Origin: Planctomycetota bacterium
Lineage (GTDB): Bacteria; Planctomycetota; J058
DNA: 64,000 nt
NCBI GenBank assembly: GCA_019636275.1
Contig: JAHBXY010000010.1
Coordinates: 7,785 to 71,784, forward strand
Reading direction: 5' to 3'
Shown here: positions 37,927-47,800 of the stretch, piece by piece
How positions within the stretch are numbered: the first letter of the stretch is position 1
How the letters are laid out: each line of letters starts with the position of its first letter
The notes under the pieces: model-generated
What the model was told of the DNA's origin: nothing
The model's input: the letters and a program-made list of their open reading frames with translations, nothing else
Database searches by the model: none
Translations under genes and position numbers: made by a program

Positions 37927-38098
37927 AAGGTCGCACAGTCTATGGATTTGGCGTGCCTGGGTCCAGCCGGTTCTCGGATCGGACCGCACCGAAAGGACTT
38001 GGGGACGGCGCACCGCGTCGCGCGCCTTGAAGGGCCGCGACTTGCTGCGGGGACGACCCGCGCCCCGGTCGTGGTTATCCTGCGGGACTGGAGCGGCC

Positions 38099-40753
38099 TT
38101 GATCCGGTTCGACGCCCAGCGCCGCCGCCTGACCCTCTCGGTCCGCGACCTCGCCGACGAGCAGGACTACCGGTTCGCCGGCCCGGCGCCGCTGTCGCTC
38201 AAGCGGCGGGCCGTCCTGGGCCGCGTGGCGCACGAGGACCACCAGGGCAGCCGCGAGGAGCAGGTCACCTCCTACCGGCGCGAGCGCCAGGTGCGCTACG
38301 AGACCGAGGTCGGCGGCTGGTCGGTCCTGGTCACGGGGCGGATCGACGGGATCTACACCGACGGCGACGGCCGCACGGTGATCGAGGAGGTCAAGACCGT
38401 CGTCGGCACCGACGGGCAGCTCGGCGCGATCGACGAGGCGACCTACCCGGCCTACACGCGGCAGCTCCAGCTCTACCGCCACCTGCTCGAGGAGGGCAGC
38501 GGCGCGCTCGGGTTCGAGGCCGGCGCGCCCGAGATCGCCCTGCACCTCGTCGTGATCGCCCTGCCGAGCCGGACGCAGCGGACCGTCGTCCTCCCCTACG
38601 ACGCCGCGACCTGCCGGGCGCTCGTGCGGCGGCGGCTCGAGGCGGTGCTCGCCGGGCACGAGGCGCAGGGGCGCCGGGTCGCGCGCCGCGCGGCGGCGGC
38701 CGCCGACGTGCAGTTCCCCCACGCCGGCATGCGGCCGCACCAGGACGCCATGGTCCAGGCGATCGAGACGGCCCTGGCCCAGGGGCGGCCGATCCTCTGC
38801 TCGGCGCCGACCGGGATCGGCAAGACGGCTGCGGCCCTCGTGCCGGCGCTGCGCCACGCGGCGGGGATCGGCGGGCGCGTGTTCGTGGCCACGTCGAAGA
38901 CCACGCAGCAGGCGATCTTCGCCCGCACCGTGCGGCTCCTGCGCGAGGCGGGCGCGCCCGTGCGCGCGGTCGTGCTCACGGCGCGCGAGAAGGCCTGCCT
39001 GAACGAGGTCGTCCACTGCACGGCCGAGGCCTGCGAGTTCGCCCGCGAGTACGCGGCCAAGCTGGCCGCGAGCGGCGCGGTCGAGCGGCTGACGGCGCAG
39101 CCGGTGGCCGACCTCGAGGCGATCACCGCCGAGGCGCGCGCGCACCGCTTCTGCCCGGCCGAGGCGGCGCTCGACCTCACGGCCGAGGTCGACGTGGTGA
39201 TCGGCGACTACAACTACGTCTTCGACCCCGGGGCGGCGCTCCGGCGCATGTTCGTCGACGAGGAGCCGCGCGACGTCGTCCTCGTGATCGACGAGGCGCA
39301 CAACCTCTACGAGCGCGGCATGGAGTACTACTCGCCGCAGCTCCGCCGCGACCTGCTGCGCGACCTCGACCGGGCGCTGGCCCACGACGCCGGGCGGATC
39401 GCCGGGCGCGCGCGGGCGCTCGTGGCGCTGCTCCTGGCGGAGCTCGACCGGATCGAGCGCGGCGGCGGCGTCGCGCCGCCGCCCGCGCCGCCGCCGCCGA
39501 CGCCCGAGCAGGGGCTCCTGTTCGACGACCCTCAGGCGGGGGCCTCGCGCCGGCGGTCGACGAGCCGCCGCCACGACAAGTCGGCCCGCTTCGCGCTCGA
39601 GCTGGAGCGCGCCTCCGGCGACGACCGGCCGGCGCTGCCCGAGACGGCGCGAGGGGCGCCGCTGCCGCCCGAGCGCGAGGTGCAGCTCGACGTGGCCTTC
39701 TTCGTGGCGGTGCGCGACGAGCTCGACGAGCTGTCGGTCGCCTGGTTCGCCGAGGGGCGCCGCGGGCGCCCGCTGGCCGAGGACCCGCTGGTGGTCCTGA
39801 GCCGGGTCGTGAGCCGCTTCGTGGGCGTGCTCGAGCTCGGCGGCGACGAGTTCTCGACGCTCTTCCGCGCCAGCGACGGCGGCGCGCTCAAGGTCCTGTG
39901 CAAGGACCCGTCGCGCCAGCTCGGCCGGCGGGTCCGCGCCTGCGCCGGCGCCGTGGCCGTCTCGGCCACGCTCGAGCCGCTCGAGTTCTACCGCGACGTC
40001 CTCGGCTTCGGCCCCGACGCCGTCCTGCGCTCGTTCCCCTCGCCCTTCGACCGGCGGCGCCGGCGCGTGCTCGTCCTCGACAAACCCTCGACGAGCTACA
40101 AGGAGCGCGAGCGCGACCTGCCGATCGTCGAGGACGCCGTGCGCGCCGTCGTGGCCGCACGACCGGGCAACTACCTCGTGTGCTGCCCGTCGTTCGAGTA
40201 CCTCGACAAGCTCGCCCCGCGCCTCGACCACCTGCCCGGCTTCGACGTCGTGGCCCAGCCCCGGTCGCTCGACGAGCCCGGCCGCGCGGCCGTGCTCGAG
40301 CGTCTCGGCGAGGCGGCCGCCGGCCGCCGGCCGCCCGTGGTGCTCGTGACCGTGCAGGGCGGGATCTTCACCGAGGGCGTCGACTACCCGGGCGCGCTGT
40401 GCGTCGGCGCGATCATCGTCGGCCCGGGGCTGCCGCGCGTGAGCTTCGAGCGCGAGCTCATCCAGGCCCACTTCCAGCGCGTCTACGGGCGCGGCTTCGA
40501 CTACGCGTTCCTCTACCCCGGCATGAGCCGCGTGATCCAGGCCGCCGGGCGCGTGATCCGCACGCCCACCGACGAGGGCGTCGTCGTGCTCGTCGGCGAC
40601 CGCTTCGCCACCGACCGCTACGCCGGCCTGTTCCCGCGCGACTGGTTCGAGCGCCACCCGCGCGAGCTCGTGTGCCACGACCCCTACGGCGCGCTGGTCG
40701 AGTTCTGGCGGGGGCGCCAGGACGCGCGGGCCGTGGTCCGGGGCGGGGCGTAG
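38099..40753 (+). CDS. PD-(D/E)XK nuclease + Fe-S DinG/XPD-family helicase
   Basis: GRIDG..IEEVKT, QLQLY; APTGIGKT; four Cys (KAC..C..C..FCP); IDEAHN; QAAGRVIR. Confidence 0.92.
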   Translation: MIRFDAQRRRLTLSVRDLADEQDYRFAGPAPLSLKRRAVLGRVAHEDHQGSREEQVTSYRRERQVRYETEVGGWSVLVTGRIDGIYTDGDGRTVIEEVKTVVGTDGQLGAIDEATYPAYTRQLQLYRHLLEEGSGALGFEAGAPEIALHLVVIALPSRTQRTVVLPYDAATCRALVRRRLEAVLAGHEAQGRRVARRAAAAADVQFPHAGMRPHQDAMVQAIETALAQGRPILCSAPTGIGKTAAALVPALRHAAGIGGRVFVATSKTTQQAIFARTVRLLREAGAPVRAVVLTAREKACLNEVVHCTAEACEFAREYAAKLAASGAVERLTAQPVADLEAITAEARAHRFCPAEAALDLTAEVDVVIGDYNYVFDPGAALRRMFVDEEPRDVVLVIDEAHNLYERGMEYYSPQLRRDLLRDLDRALAHDAGRIAGRARALVALLLAELDRIERGGGVAPPPAPPPPTPEQGLLFDDPQAGASRRRSTSRRHDKSARFALELERASGDDRPALPETARGAPLPPEREVQLDVAFFVAVRDELDELSVAWFAEGRRGRPLAEDPLVVLSRVVSRFVGVLELGGDEFSTLFRASDGGALKVLCKDPSRQLGRRVRACAGAVAVSATLEPLEFYRDVLGFGPDAVLRSFPSPFDRRRRRVLVLDKPSTSYKERERDLPIVEDAVRAVVAARPGNYLVCCPSFEYLDKLAPRLDHLPGFDVVAQPRSLDEPGRAAVLERLGEAAAGRRPPVVLVTVQGGIFTEGVDYPGALCVGAIIVGPGLPRVSFERELIQAHFQRVYGRGFDYAFLYPGMSRVIQAAGRVIRTPTDEGVVVLVGDRFATDRYAGLFPRDWFERHPRELVCHDPYGALVEFWRGRQDARAVVRGGA

Positions 40754-41028
40754 GAGGACACGCGCTGCGCCGGTGCCCACGTGGGCGCGGCGCCGTGCGG
40801 GTGGCGCTCGGACAGCGGCGCACGCCGGGAGCCCCACAGGCGGGCCGGGGTTGGACCGCGGCCTCCCGTTGGAGGCCTGGCTAACGTTTCACGGACTCAT
40901 GCAGTCGGAACGTCTGCCCGAATCGTATTTTGCACGCATGAGCACAGGAACCATGCCGGCGGGCGGGGTGTTCTGAGGGGTGGCGGTGACGCGGTCGACG
41001 CCTCGAAGATCACTGCCGCAGGTGACCG

Positions 41029-42342
41029 ATGAACGTGCTGGACCTCGACCCCGCGACGACGAGAGGCTGGGCCTGCGATGACGCGGTCCAAGCGGAGGTG
41101 GAGCGGCGCCTGGCCGAGGCGCAGGCGCTCGATGCCGAGATCCGGGACCTCGTGAAGGCGCGGCGCCTGGGCAAGGCCCGGCTGTGCGACCGGCTCGCGC
41201 GCATGCGGCAAGAGCGGCTTCATGAGCCGCTCAACTACGCGACGTTCGCTGACTACGCTGTCGCCGTCGGCGCGGCGACGTCGCCTCGCGCCGCGCGGCA
41301 GCAAGCCGACCTCGCCCAGCGCCTCGAAGGCCTCCCCGCGCTGAGAGGTGTGTTCACCGCGGGTCAGGCCGACTGGACCAAGCTCCGCGAGGCGGTGACG
41401 GCGGCGACGAGCGAGACGGACGCCGACTGGGCTCGTCGCGTCGTCACGGACAGCTACGACCAGGTGCGCGCGGCGGCCAGGGAGGCCCGCGGGGAGGCAC
41501 CGACGCAGCGGATCAGCTTCGAGCTGCCGCTCGAGGTCGTCATCCGGTTCCGCCGGTTCGTGGACGCGGTGGGCGAGCGCCTGGCCCAGCGGGTGACGAA
41601 CGCGGAGGCGTTCGAGATGATGCTCGAGACCGCAGCGCGGTCGGAGACACCCGGGCGCCGGCCAGAGGGCGGCTCGACCCCGGACGCGTCGTCTTCGCCG
41701 GACCCACGACCGGTGACGTGCCCACGTGGGCAGGGCACCGACGCGGTTCCGCCGGACCAGCCCCCGGAGGGCCTCTCCGCCTCGGCCCAACGCATGGACG
41801 ACGACAGTGTTCCACCGCCGTCCGCGACGCTCGTTGGTTACGTGTGTGAGCGGTGCGATCAGACCGCGGCAGTCGGGCCGAACGGCCGGCCAGTGCTCCT
41901 CGACCCCGCCCGCGCCGCCACCCTCGCGTGCGACGCCGTGATCCAGGAGGCCAGCGGTCGGCGGAGACGGAGGATCCCGCCGCGGATCCGATCGCTCGTC
42001 TACGTGCGCGACGGGGGGCGCTGCCGCGTGCCGGGCTGCGGCGCGGCCGGGTTCCTCCACCAGCACCATGAAGGCCCGGGCGGCTGGCGCGAGGTGGGTA
42101 ACGACCCTGACAAGCTGTGTCTGTTGTGCTTCGGCCACCACCTGCAGCGCCACAAGGGCCTGCTGAGGATCGCGCCGCTGGGCGCCGGAAGGTTCCGGTT
42201 CTTCCGGGCGGACGGCTGGGAGCTCACCGAAGGCCCAGGGGCGAACGGCACGACGACGGTCGCACGACCGCCCGAGCCTTCACCGGCCGCGGACCCCGAG
42301 GCGGAGCGCGCAGTCGAACGCAAGCGGGCCGAGGCAGGCTGA
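41029..42342 (+). CDS. DUF222-like HNH endonuclease
   Basis: LACDA; VYVRDGGRCRVPGC..HQHH..G.N...LCLLCFGHH; codon usage differs from neighbours. Confidence 0.85.
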   Translation: MNVLDLDPATTRGWACDDAVQAEVERRLAEAQALDAEIRDLVKARRLGKARLCDRLARMRQERLHEPLNYATFADYAVAVGAATSPRAARQQADLAQRLEGLPALRGVFTAGQADWTKLREAVTAATSETDADWARRVVTDSYDQVRAAAREARGEAPTQRISFELPLEVVIRFRRFVDAVGERLAQRVTNAEAFEMMLETAARSETPGRRPEGGSTPDASSSPDPRPVTCPRGQGTDAVPPDQPPEGLSASAQRMDDDSVPPPSATLVGYVCERCDQTAAVGPNGRPVLLDPARAATLACDAVIQEASGRRRRRIPPRIRSLVYVRDGGRCRVPGCGAAGFLHQHHEGPGGWREVGNDPDKLCLLCFGHHLQRHKGLLRIAPLGAGRFRFFRADGWELTEGPGANGTTTVARPPEPSPAADPEAERAVERKRAEAG

Positions 42343-42425
42343 ACACGGGACCCGGTCGCCGTCACGGGCCCCGGTCGTCTACCTCGCCGGTCGATTATCC
42401 TGCTGGGCCTGCCCTGGAGGTCCTC

Positions 42426-43850
42426 ATGCTCCGCGCCCTCCTCCTGTCCTTGGCCCTGCTCCTCGCGCTCGGCCCGCTCGCGTCCGCGCAGGAAGCGCCG
42501 CCCGATGCGGCCCCGCCGCAGGCCGAGCCGGAGGCGCCGGCGAGGAGGGTCGAGGAGAAGGGCCCGAACCTCCAGCCGCCGCCCTGGTTCTCGCCGGCCC
42601 AGCGCGAGGCCGTCGAGGCGGCCACGCGCGTGTGGGAGGACGCCTTCGAGGCCTACAAGAAGGAGGGCGCGGCGGCGGCGCGGCCGAAGGTCGACCAGGC
42701 GATCGCCGCCCTGATCGAGGCGCGCAAGGTCGACGCGCGCTGCGGGATCCCCGACCACTACCTGGGGATCGCCTACCAGCTCACGGGAGAGTTCGACAAG
42801 GCGATCGAGCGCCTGCGCGAGGCCGTGCGCAAGAACTCGAGCTTCCACGAGGCCATGGTCGAGCTGGGCGACGCCTACCGCTGGGCGAGCAAGCTCGACG
42901 ACGCCATGCGCAGCTACGACCAGGCGATCGCCACGAAGCCCGACTACGCGCTGGCCTACAAGATGCGCGCCCTCCTGCGCGTGCAGAAGGACCAGCTCGC
43001 ACAGGCGCGCCAGGACGCCGCGCGGGCCAAGGAGCTCGACCCGTCGGACCCGGAGGTCGCGGCGATCGAGATGCGGCTGGCGCTCGTCCTAGAGGGGCCG
43101 CCCTGGGAGAACAAGTTCACCTGCGAGACGCGCCACCACATCGTGTGGACGAACGTCGACCAGGCCATGGCCGACGAGATCGGCCGCCACGCCGAGCTGA
43201 TCCGCAAGCTCTACGAGAAGATCTTCCCCCGCCCGCCGCGCGCCAAGCGCAAGTTCCCGATCGTGGTCTTCGCCACGCGCGAGGAGTACCACCGGAACGG
43301 CGGGCCCCAGGGCGCCGGCGGCCACTTCGACCCGGCGTTCAAGCAGCTGTTCCTGTTCCGCTACGAGAAGCTGTCGGACACGCTCCTCGTGCTCTACCAC
43401 GAGGGCTTCCACCAGTTCCTCGACTCGATCCTCGACGTCCACGCCCCGCAGTGGTTCAACGAGGGGCTGGCCGACTTCTTCGGCCCCTCCGAGTACTACA
43501 AGGAGCGCAACGACGAGGGCATGCGCATCAAGACGAACCCGTGGCGCCTGCGCACCGTGCAGACGCTGATCCGGCAGGACCGGGCCACGGACTTCGAGAA
43601 GCTGATGACGATGACGCAGCAGGAGATGTACGAGCCGCGCGCGGCGGGCAACCACTACGCGCAGGCCTGGTCGATGGTCTACTTCCTCGCCCAGGCCGAC
43701 GACGGCGCCTACTTCCCGTACCTGCGCGACTACTTCCAGGCCCTGCGCCGCGGCAAGAACATCCGCGAGGCCTACCAGGCGGCGTTCGGCAAGGCCGACA
43801 TGGCGGCCATGCAGGCGCGCTGGCGGGAGTACGTCCTGCAGCTCAGGTGA
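42426..43850 (+). CDS. Secreted TPR + DUF1570-like zincin protein
   Basis: Signal peptide, TPRs, LYHEGFHQF..PQWFNEGLADFF, HYAQAWSMVYFL. Confidence 0.85.
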   Translation: MLRALLLSLALLLALGPLASAQEAPPDAAPPQAEPEAPARRVEEKGPNLQPPPWFSPAQREAVEAATRVWEDAFEAYKKEGAAAARPKVDQAIAALIEARKVDARCGIPDHYLGIAYQLTGEFDKAIERLREAVRKNSSFHEAMVELGDAYRWASKLDDAMRSYDQAIATKPDYALAYKMRALLRVQKDQLAQARQDAARAKELDPSDPEVAAIEMRLALVLEGPPWENKFTCETRHHIVWTNVDQAMADEIGRHAELIRKLYEKIFPRPPRAKRKFPIVVFATREEYHRNGGPQGAGGHFDPAFKQLFLFRYEKLSDTLLVLYHEGFHQFLDSILDVHAPQWFNEGLADFFGPSEYYKERNDEGMRIKTNPWRLRTVQTLIRQDRATDFEKLMTMTQQEMYEPRAAGNHYAQAWSMVYFLAQADDGAYFPYLRDYFQALRRGKNIREAYQAAFGKADMAAMQARWREYVLQLR

Positions 43851-43867
43851 GGGCGTAGACTGTCCTC

Positions 43868-45076
43868 GTGACGCTCATCGACCGCCAGGCCGACCTCGAC
43901 CGGGTCCTCGCCGCCCTCGCGCCGGCGACGACGATCGCGCTGGACACCGAGTTCCTGTGGGAGCGGACCTACCACCCGACCCTGGCGCTCGTGCAGGTGG
44001 CCGCGCGCGACCCGGGCGGCGAGGCCCAGGCGTTCGCCGTGGACCCGCTGCGCGTCGACCTCACGCCGCTCACCCGGCTCCTGGCCGAGCCCGGGCGGCT
44101 CAAGGTCGTGCACGCGGGGCGGATCGACCTCGAGCTGTTCCACGCCCGGCTCGGCGCGCCGATGGGCCCCGTGTTCGACACGCAGCGGGCGGCGGCGCTC
44201 GCCGGCCACGGGCACCAGGTGGGCTACGCCAACCTCGTCGAGGCCCTCACCGGGCGGCGCCTGAAGAAGACCGAGCAGTGGTCCGACTGGACGCGGCGCC
44301 CGCTGCGCCCCGAGCAGGTGAGCTACGCCCTCGACGACGTCGTCCCCCTCCTGGTCGTGCACGACCGGCTCCTGGAACGGCTGCGCGAGGCGGGGCGGCT
44401 CGCGTGGGCCGAGGAGGAGATGGCCCCCCTCACCGACCCGGCCAGCTACGCCCCCGTGCCCGACGAGGAGCTGTGGCGGCGAGTGAAGAACCGCCGCGGC
44501 CTCGACCGCCGGGCGCTGGGCGTCCTGCGCGCGCTAGCCGTGTGGCGGGAGCGCACCTCGCGCGAGCGCGACCTGCGCCCGGGGTTCGTCGTCAAGGACC
44601 CGGTCCTGGTCGAGCTGGCGCGGCGGGCGCCGACCTCGCGCGGGCAGCTCGAGCACGTGCGCGGCCTGCACCCGGGTGAGCTGAAGAAGAGCGCCGAGGG
44701 CCTCCTGGACGCGATCCGCGCCGCGCTGGCCCTGCCCGACGACGCGCTCCCCCCGGCCGACCGGCGGCCCGCCGGCCCCGACCCCGGCCCGGCGGTCGAG
44801 CTCATGCGGGCCTACGTCGGCGCCCGCGCCGCCGAGGCGGGCGTGGCGCCCGAGACGCTGGCCACGACGCGCGACCTCGAGCGCCTGGCCCGCGCCCACC
44901 TGCGCGGCGAGGCGCCCGAGGTGATCGACGACGGCGACGACGACGAGGGCGACGGGCACGACGTCCTGCGCGGCTGGCGCGGCGCCCTCGTCGGGCGCGA
45001 CCTCCTGCGCCTGCTCGAGGGCAAGGTGTCGCTCCGCATCGACCCCGCGCGCGGGTCGCTGCGCGTCGACGGCTGA
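43868..45076 (+). CDS. rnd: Ribonuclease D
   Basis: IALDTEF..RTYHPTLALVQ, FDTQ, DWTRRPL..Q..YALDD, HRDC region, WRG. Confidence 0.93.
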   Translation: MTLIDRQADLDRVLAALAPATTIALDTEFLWERTYHPTLALVQVAARDPGGEAQAFAVDPLRVDLTPLTRLLAEPGRLKVVHAGRIDLELFHARLGAPMGPVFDTQRAAALAGHGHQVGYANLVEALTGRRLKKTEQWSDWTRRPLRPEQVSYALDDVVPLLVVHDRLLERLREAGRLAWAEEEMAPLTDPASYAPVPDEELWRRVKNRRGLDRRALGVLRALAVWRERTSRERDLRPGFVVKDPVLVELARRAPTSRGQLEHVRGLHPGELKKSAEGLLDAIRAALALPDDALPPADRRPAGPDPGPAVELMRAYVGARAAEAGVAPETLATTRDLERLARAHLRGEAPEVIDDGDDDEGDGHDVLRGWRGALVGRDLLRLLEGKVSLRIDPARGSLRVDG

Positions 45077-45130
45077 CGCCCGGCGACGCGCGCCCGGCGC
45101 TCGCCGGTAGACTCGTGGCGCGGAGGGCGG

Positions 45131-46660
45131 GTGCAGCGCGGCGCCTGGTGGTGGCAGGGGGTCCTCGTGGCCCTGGCGGTGTGGGGCGTGCACCTCGCCA
45201 GCATGGCCGGCACGGGCGCGGTCATCGCCGAGACCGACAGCCCCTGGCACCTGACCGCCGGCCGCGTGATCGTCGAGGCGGGCGGCCTGCCCCACGCCGA
45301 CCCGATCTGCTTCTCGTCGGACGGCGCGCGCTGGATCAACCAGAACTGGCTGGCCAACGTCATCCTCTACCGGGCCTACCAGGCGCTCGGCGCCGTGGGG
45401 CCGCTGGCCGTGACCACGTGCCTCCTGGCCGCGACGCTCCTGGTCCAGGGGTCGCGCCTGCGCCGCCGGCGGGTTAGCCCGCTGTTCCTCGTCCTGGCCC
45501 TCCTGGCGACGCTCTGGACGCTGCGCTACGCCGGCGTTGACGCGTCGATCCGCCCGCGCTTCTTCAGCGCCCTCCTGCTCGTCGCCCTGGCCTGGCTCCT
45601 CGAGCGCGACGACCCCGAGCGGCGCCTGGGGCCCTGGCCGGCGGCCGGGCTCGTCGGCCTCCTGGCGCTCTGGTTCAACCTCCACGGCGAGGTGGTCCTC
45701 GGCCTGTGCCTGGTCGGCGCCGACGCGGTCGGCACGTCGCTCGACGCCTGGCGCGAGGGGAAGGGCCCCCTGCCGCCGCGCACCCGCTGGCTCCTGGGGG
45801 CCGCCGCCGTCGGGGCCCTCTCCTGCGCCCTGCACCCGCAGGGGCTCGACGCGCTCCTGCACACGGGCCGCACCCTGGCCGGCAGCGCGCAGCAGCTCGA
45901 CCTCGTCGTCGAGGGCCTGGCGCTCGACTTCCGCACGCGCCTGGGGCGGCTCGTCGAGGTCGTGCTCCTGGTCGGGCTCTGGGCCTGCTGGGTCGGGCCG
46001 CGGCGCGTCTCTGCGCGCGACGCGCTGTGGTCGCTCGCGCTCCTGCACCTGGCCCTCATCATGCGCCGCGGGGCGGTGCCCTTCGTGCTCGTCGCCGCGC
46101 CGGTCGTGGCCGACCAGGCCTCGCGCGCGCTCGAGGCCCTGCGCGCCGAGGGCGGCCTCGCCGCCCGGCTGCTCGACGGCCTCGACCAGCGCGCGCGCGC
46201 GGCCGCCGCCAGCGCGCCCTGGGTGATCGCCCTGGCCCTCGCCGCCTACCTGCTCCTGGCCGTGCCCCTGCGCGCGCGCCCGGGCGTTCCGGGCGGGCTC
46301 ACCGGCCTGAGCCCGGCCGTGTTCCCGCTCGAGGCCGCGCGCTTCCTGCAGGAGCGCCGGCCGCCCGGGCGAATCTTCTGCGACTACTCCGCGGGCGGGC
46401 TCCTCGGCTGGGCGCTCTACCCCGAGCGGCGCGTGTTCATCGACGGCCGCACCGACCTGCACCTCGCGACGGGCGCCTACGAGCGCTACGTCTCGATCGT
46501 CACCCTCGCCCCGGGCTGGGACGACGAGCTCGACGCGCTCGAGGTCGACCTGGTCGTCCTGCCCTCGTCGGCCCGGCTGGCGTACGTGCTGCACGCGTGG
46601 CGCGGCTGGGAGGCGCTCCACCAGGACGCCGGGTGGGTCGTCCTGCGGCGGCCGGGCTGA
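45131..46660 (+). CDS. Polytopic membrane protein, GT-C-like glycosyltransferase
   Basis: D..WHL..GR, RP.FFS, WFNLHG, GG.LGW..Y..VFIDGR.D; many TM helices. Confidence 0.7.
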   Translation: MQRGAWWWQGVLVALAVWGVHLASMAGTGAVIAETDSPWHLTAGRVIVEAGGLPHADPICFSSDGARWINQNWLANVILYRAYQALGAVGPLAVTTCLLAATLLVQGSRLRRRRVSPLFLVLALLATLWTLRYAGVDASIRPRFFSALLLVALAWLLERDDPERRLGPWPAAGLVGLLALWFNLHGEVVLGLCLVGADAVGTSLDAWREGKGPLPPRTRWLLGAAAVGALSCALHPQGLDALLHTGRTLAGSAQQLDLVVEGLALDFRTRLGRLVEVVLLVGLWACWVGPRRVSARDALWSLALLHLALIMRRGAVPFVLVAAPVVADQASRALEALRAEGGLAARLLDGLDQRARAAAASAPWVIALALAAYLLLAVPLRARPGVPGGLTGLSPAVFPLEAARFLQERRPPGRIFCDYSAGGLLGWALYPERRVFIDGRTDLHLATGAYERYVSIVTLAPGWDDELDALEVDLVVLPSSARLAYVLHAWRGWEALHQDAGWVVLRRPG

Positions 46661-46664
46661 GGCG

Positions 46665-47588
46665 TCAGAACCAGAAGTCGCTGCTGGCGAAGATCACCGG
46701 CTCGTAGCTGATCGGCTTGCCGCCGCCGCGCCACAGGCTCTGCCAGTGGTGCGCCAGGTTCGTCCACAGGCCGCCGGCCCGGTCGATCTCGACGGTCGCC
46801 AGGTTGTGGACGCGGGTCGGGTCGCTGGCGTAGAGGTCGAGGAAGGCGGCGAAGATCGCCGTCGTCCCCGACGGCTCGTGCGGCGTCGTGGCGTAGCCGC
46901 GCGGACAGGCGGCGATCACCACGCCCTCGAACCGGCCCCAGCGGGCCGCCTCCTCGGCGAAGATCCCCGCCTCGCAGGCGTTGAGCAGGACGGCCTTGCG
47001 CCCCTGGACCGGCTCGAGCGCGGCGAACAGGTCGGCCGGCGTGATCGTCGTCCCCTGCGGCACGAGGTGCCGCGACTGACCCAGCCGCATGCTCCGCGTG
47101 CGCAGGCCCGTCGAGTCGCCCTCGCCCGAGTAGGCGACGAGCACCTGCGTCTCGTCGTCGGACACGAAGACGATCCGCTCCAGCAGCGCGCGCAGCGTGT
47201 CGGGCGTCACGCGCCCGTAGTCGAGGCGGTAGACGTCGTAGCCCTTGCTGAGGAGCAGCCGCGTGAGCTGGTCCATGTCGCCCTGGACCCAGGGGTCGTC
47301 GATCGCCTCGCCCTTGAGCAGGTCGTCGGCGTCGTGGATCGCCAGCCCGTCGACCGGCGGCTGGAACACGCGCCCGTTCATGACCACCGCGTAGCGGTTC
47401 TGCGGCGCGCGGCGGAAGGGGAGGTAGTCGGCGTCGACGACCTCCATGGCCTCGGCGTCGCCCGCCCGCGGCAGCTCGCCGAGCGGCGGGGTGACGATGC
47501 AGCCCGGCGCGGCGACCAGGAGCAGGAGCCCCAGGGTCAGCGCGCGGGCGCGCGGGGCGGACAGGGAGGCGATCAGGGCAGGCTGCAT
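46665..47588 (-). CDS. Caspase-like (C14) fold lipoprotein with atypical dyad
   Basis: Lipobox APGC; VAYSGEG (cf. YSGHG) and LLNACEAG (cf. DACHSG). Confidence 0.65.
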   Translation of the reverse strand: MQPALIASLSAPRARALTLGLLLLVAAPGCIVTPPLGELPRAGDAEAMEVVDADYLPFRRAPQNRYAVVMNGRVFQPPVDGLAIHDADDLLKGEAIDDPWVQGDMDQLTRLLLSKGYDVYRLDYGRVTPDTLRALLERIVFVSDDETQVLVAYSGEGDSTGLRTRSMRLGQSRHLVPQGTTITPADLFAALEPVQGRKAVLLNACEAGIFAEEAARWGRFEGVVIAACPRGYATTPHEPSGTTAIFAAFLDLYASDPTRVHNLATVEIDRAGGLWTNLAHHWQSLWRGGGKPISYEPVIFASSDFWF

Positions 47589-47800
47589 GCGACCACTCAC
47601 CACGACCCGTGCTTTGGCCTCCCCCTCTGACCGAGACGATGGCAACGGGTGACGACCTCTGCACCCCTGCGCCCGACCACGCGCGCCGTAAGTCGCACAT
47701 ACTCAGTTGCTTGCGGGGTCCGACCGCACGTCGCGCCCGGGTGCCGCCGCGCGGCGCGGGAGCCTGGCCGCCGGCCCGGGGTGGCGGTACCTTCTCGGCC

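Noticed and set aside
38099-42342. CRISPR-Cas or IscB/Cas9-type system (Cas4-like domain, DinG, HNH)
   Set aside because: No repeat-spacer array, no cas1/2/5/7 and no RuvC motifs were seen; the nuclease-DinG fusion is a common repair-type gene.
42426-43850. TPR-DUF1570 protein as a novel system
   Set aside because: A common planctomycete architecture in an ordinary context; useful only as a taxonomic hint.
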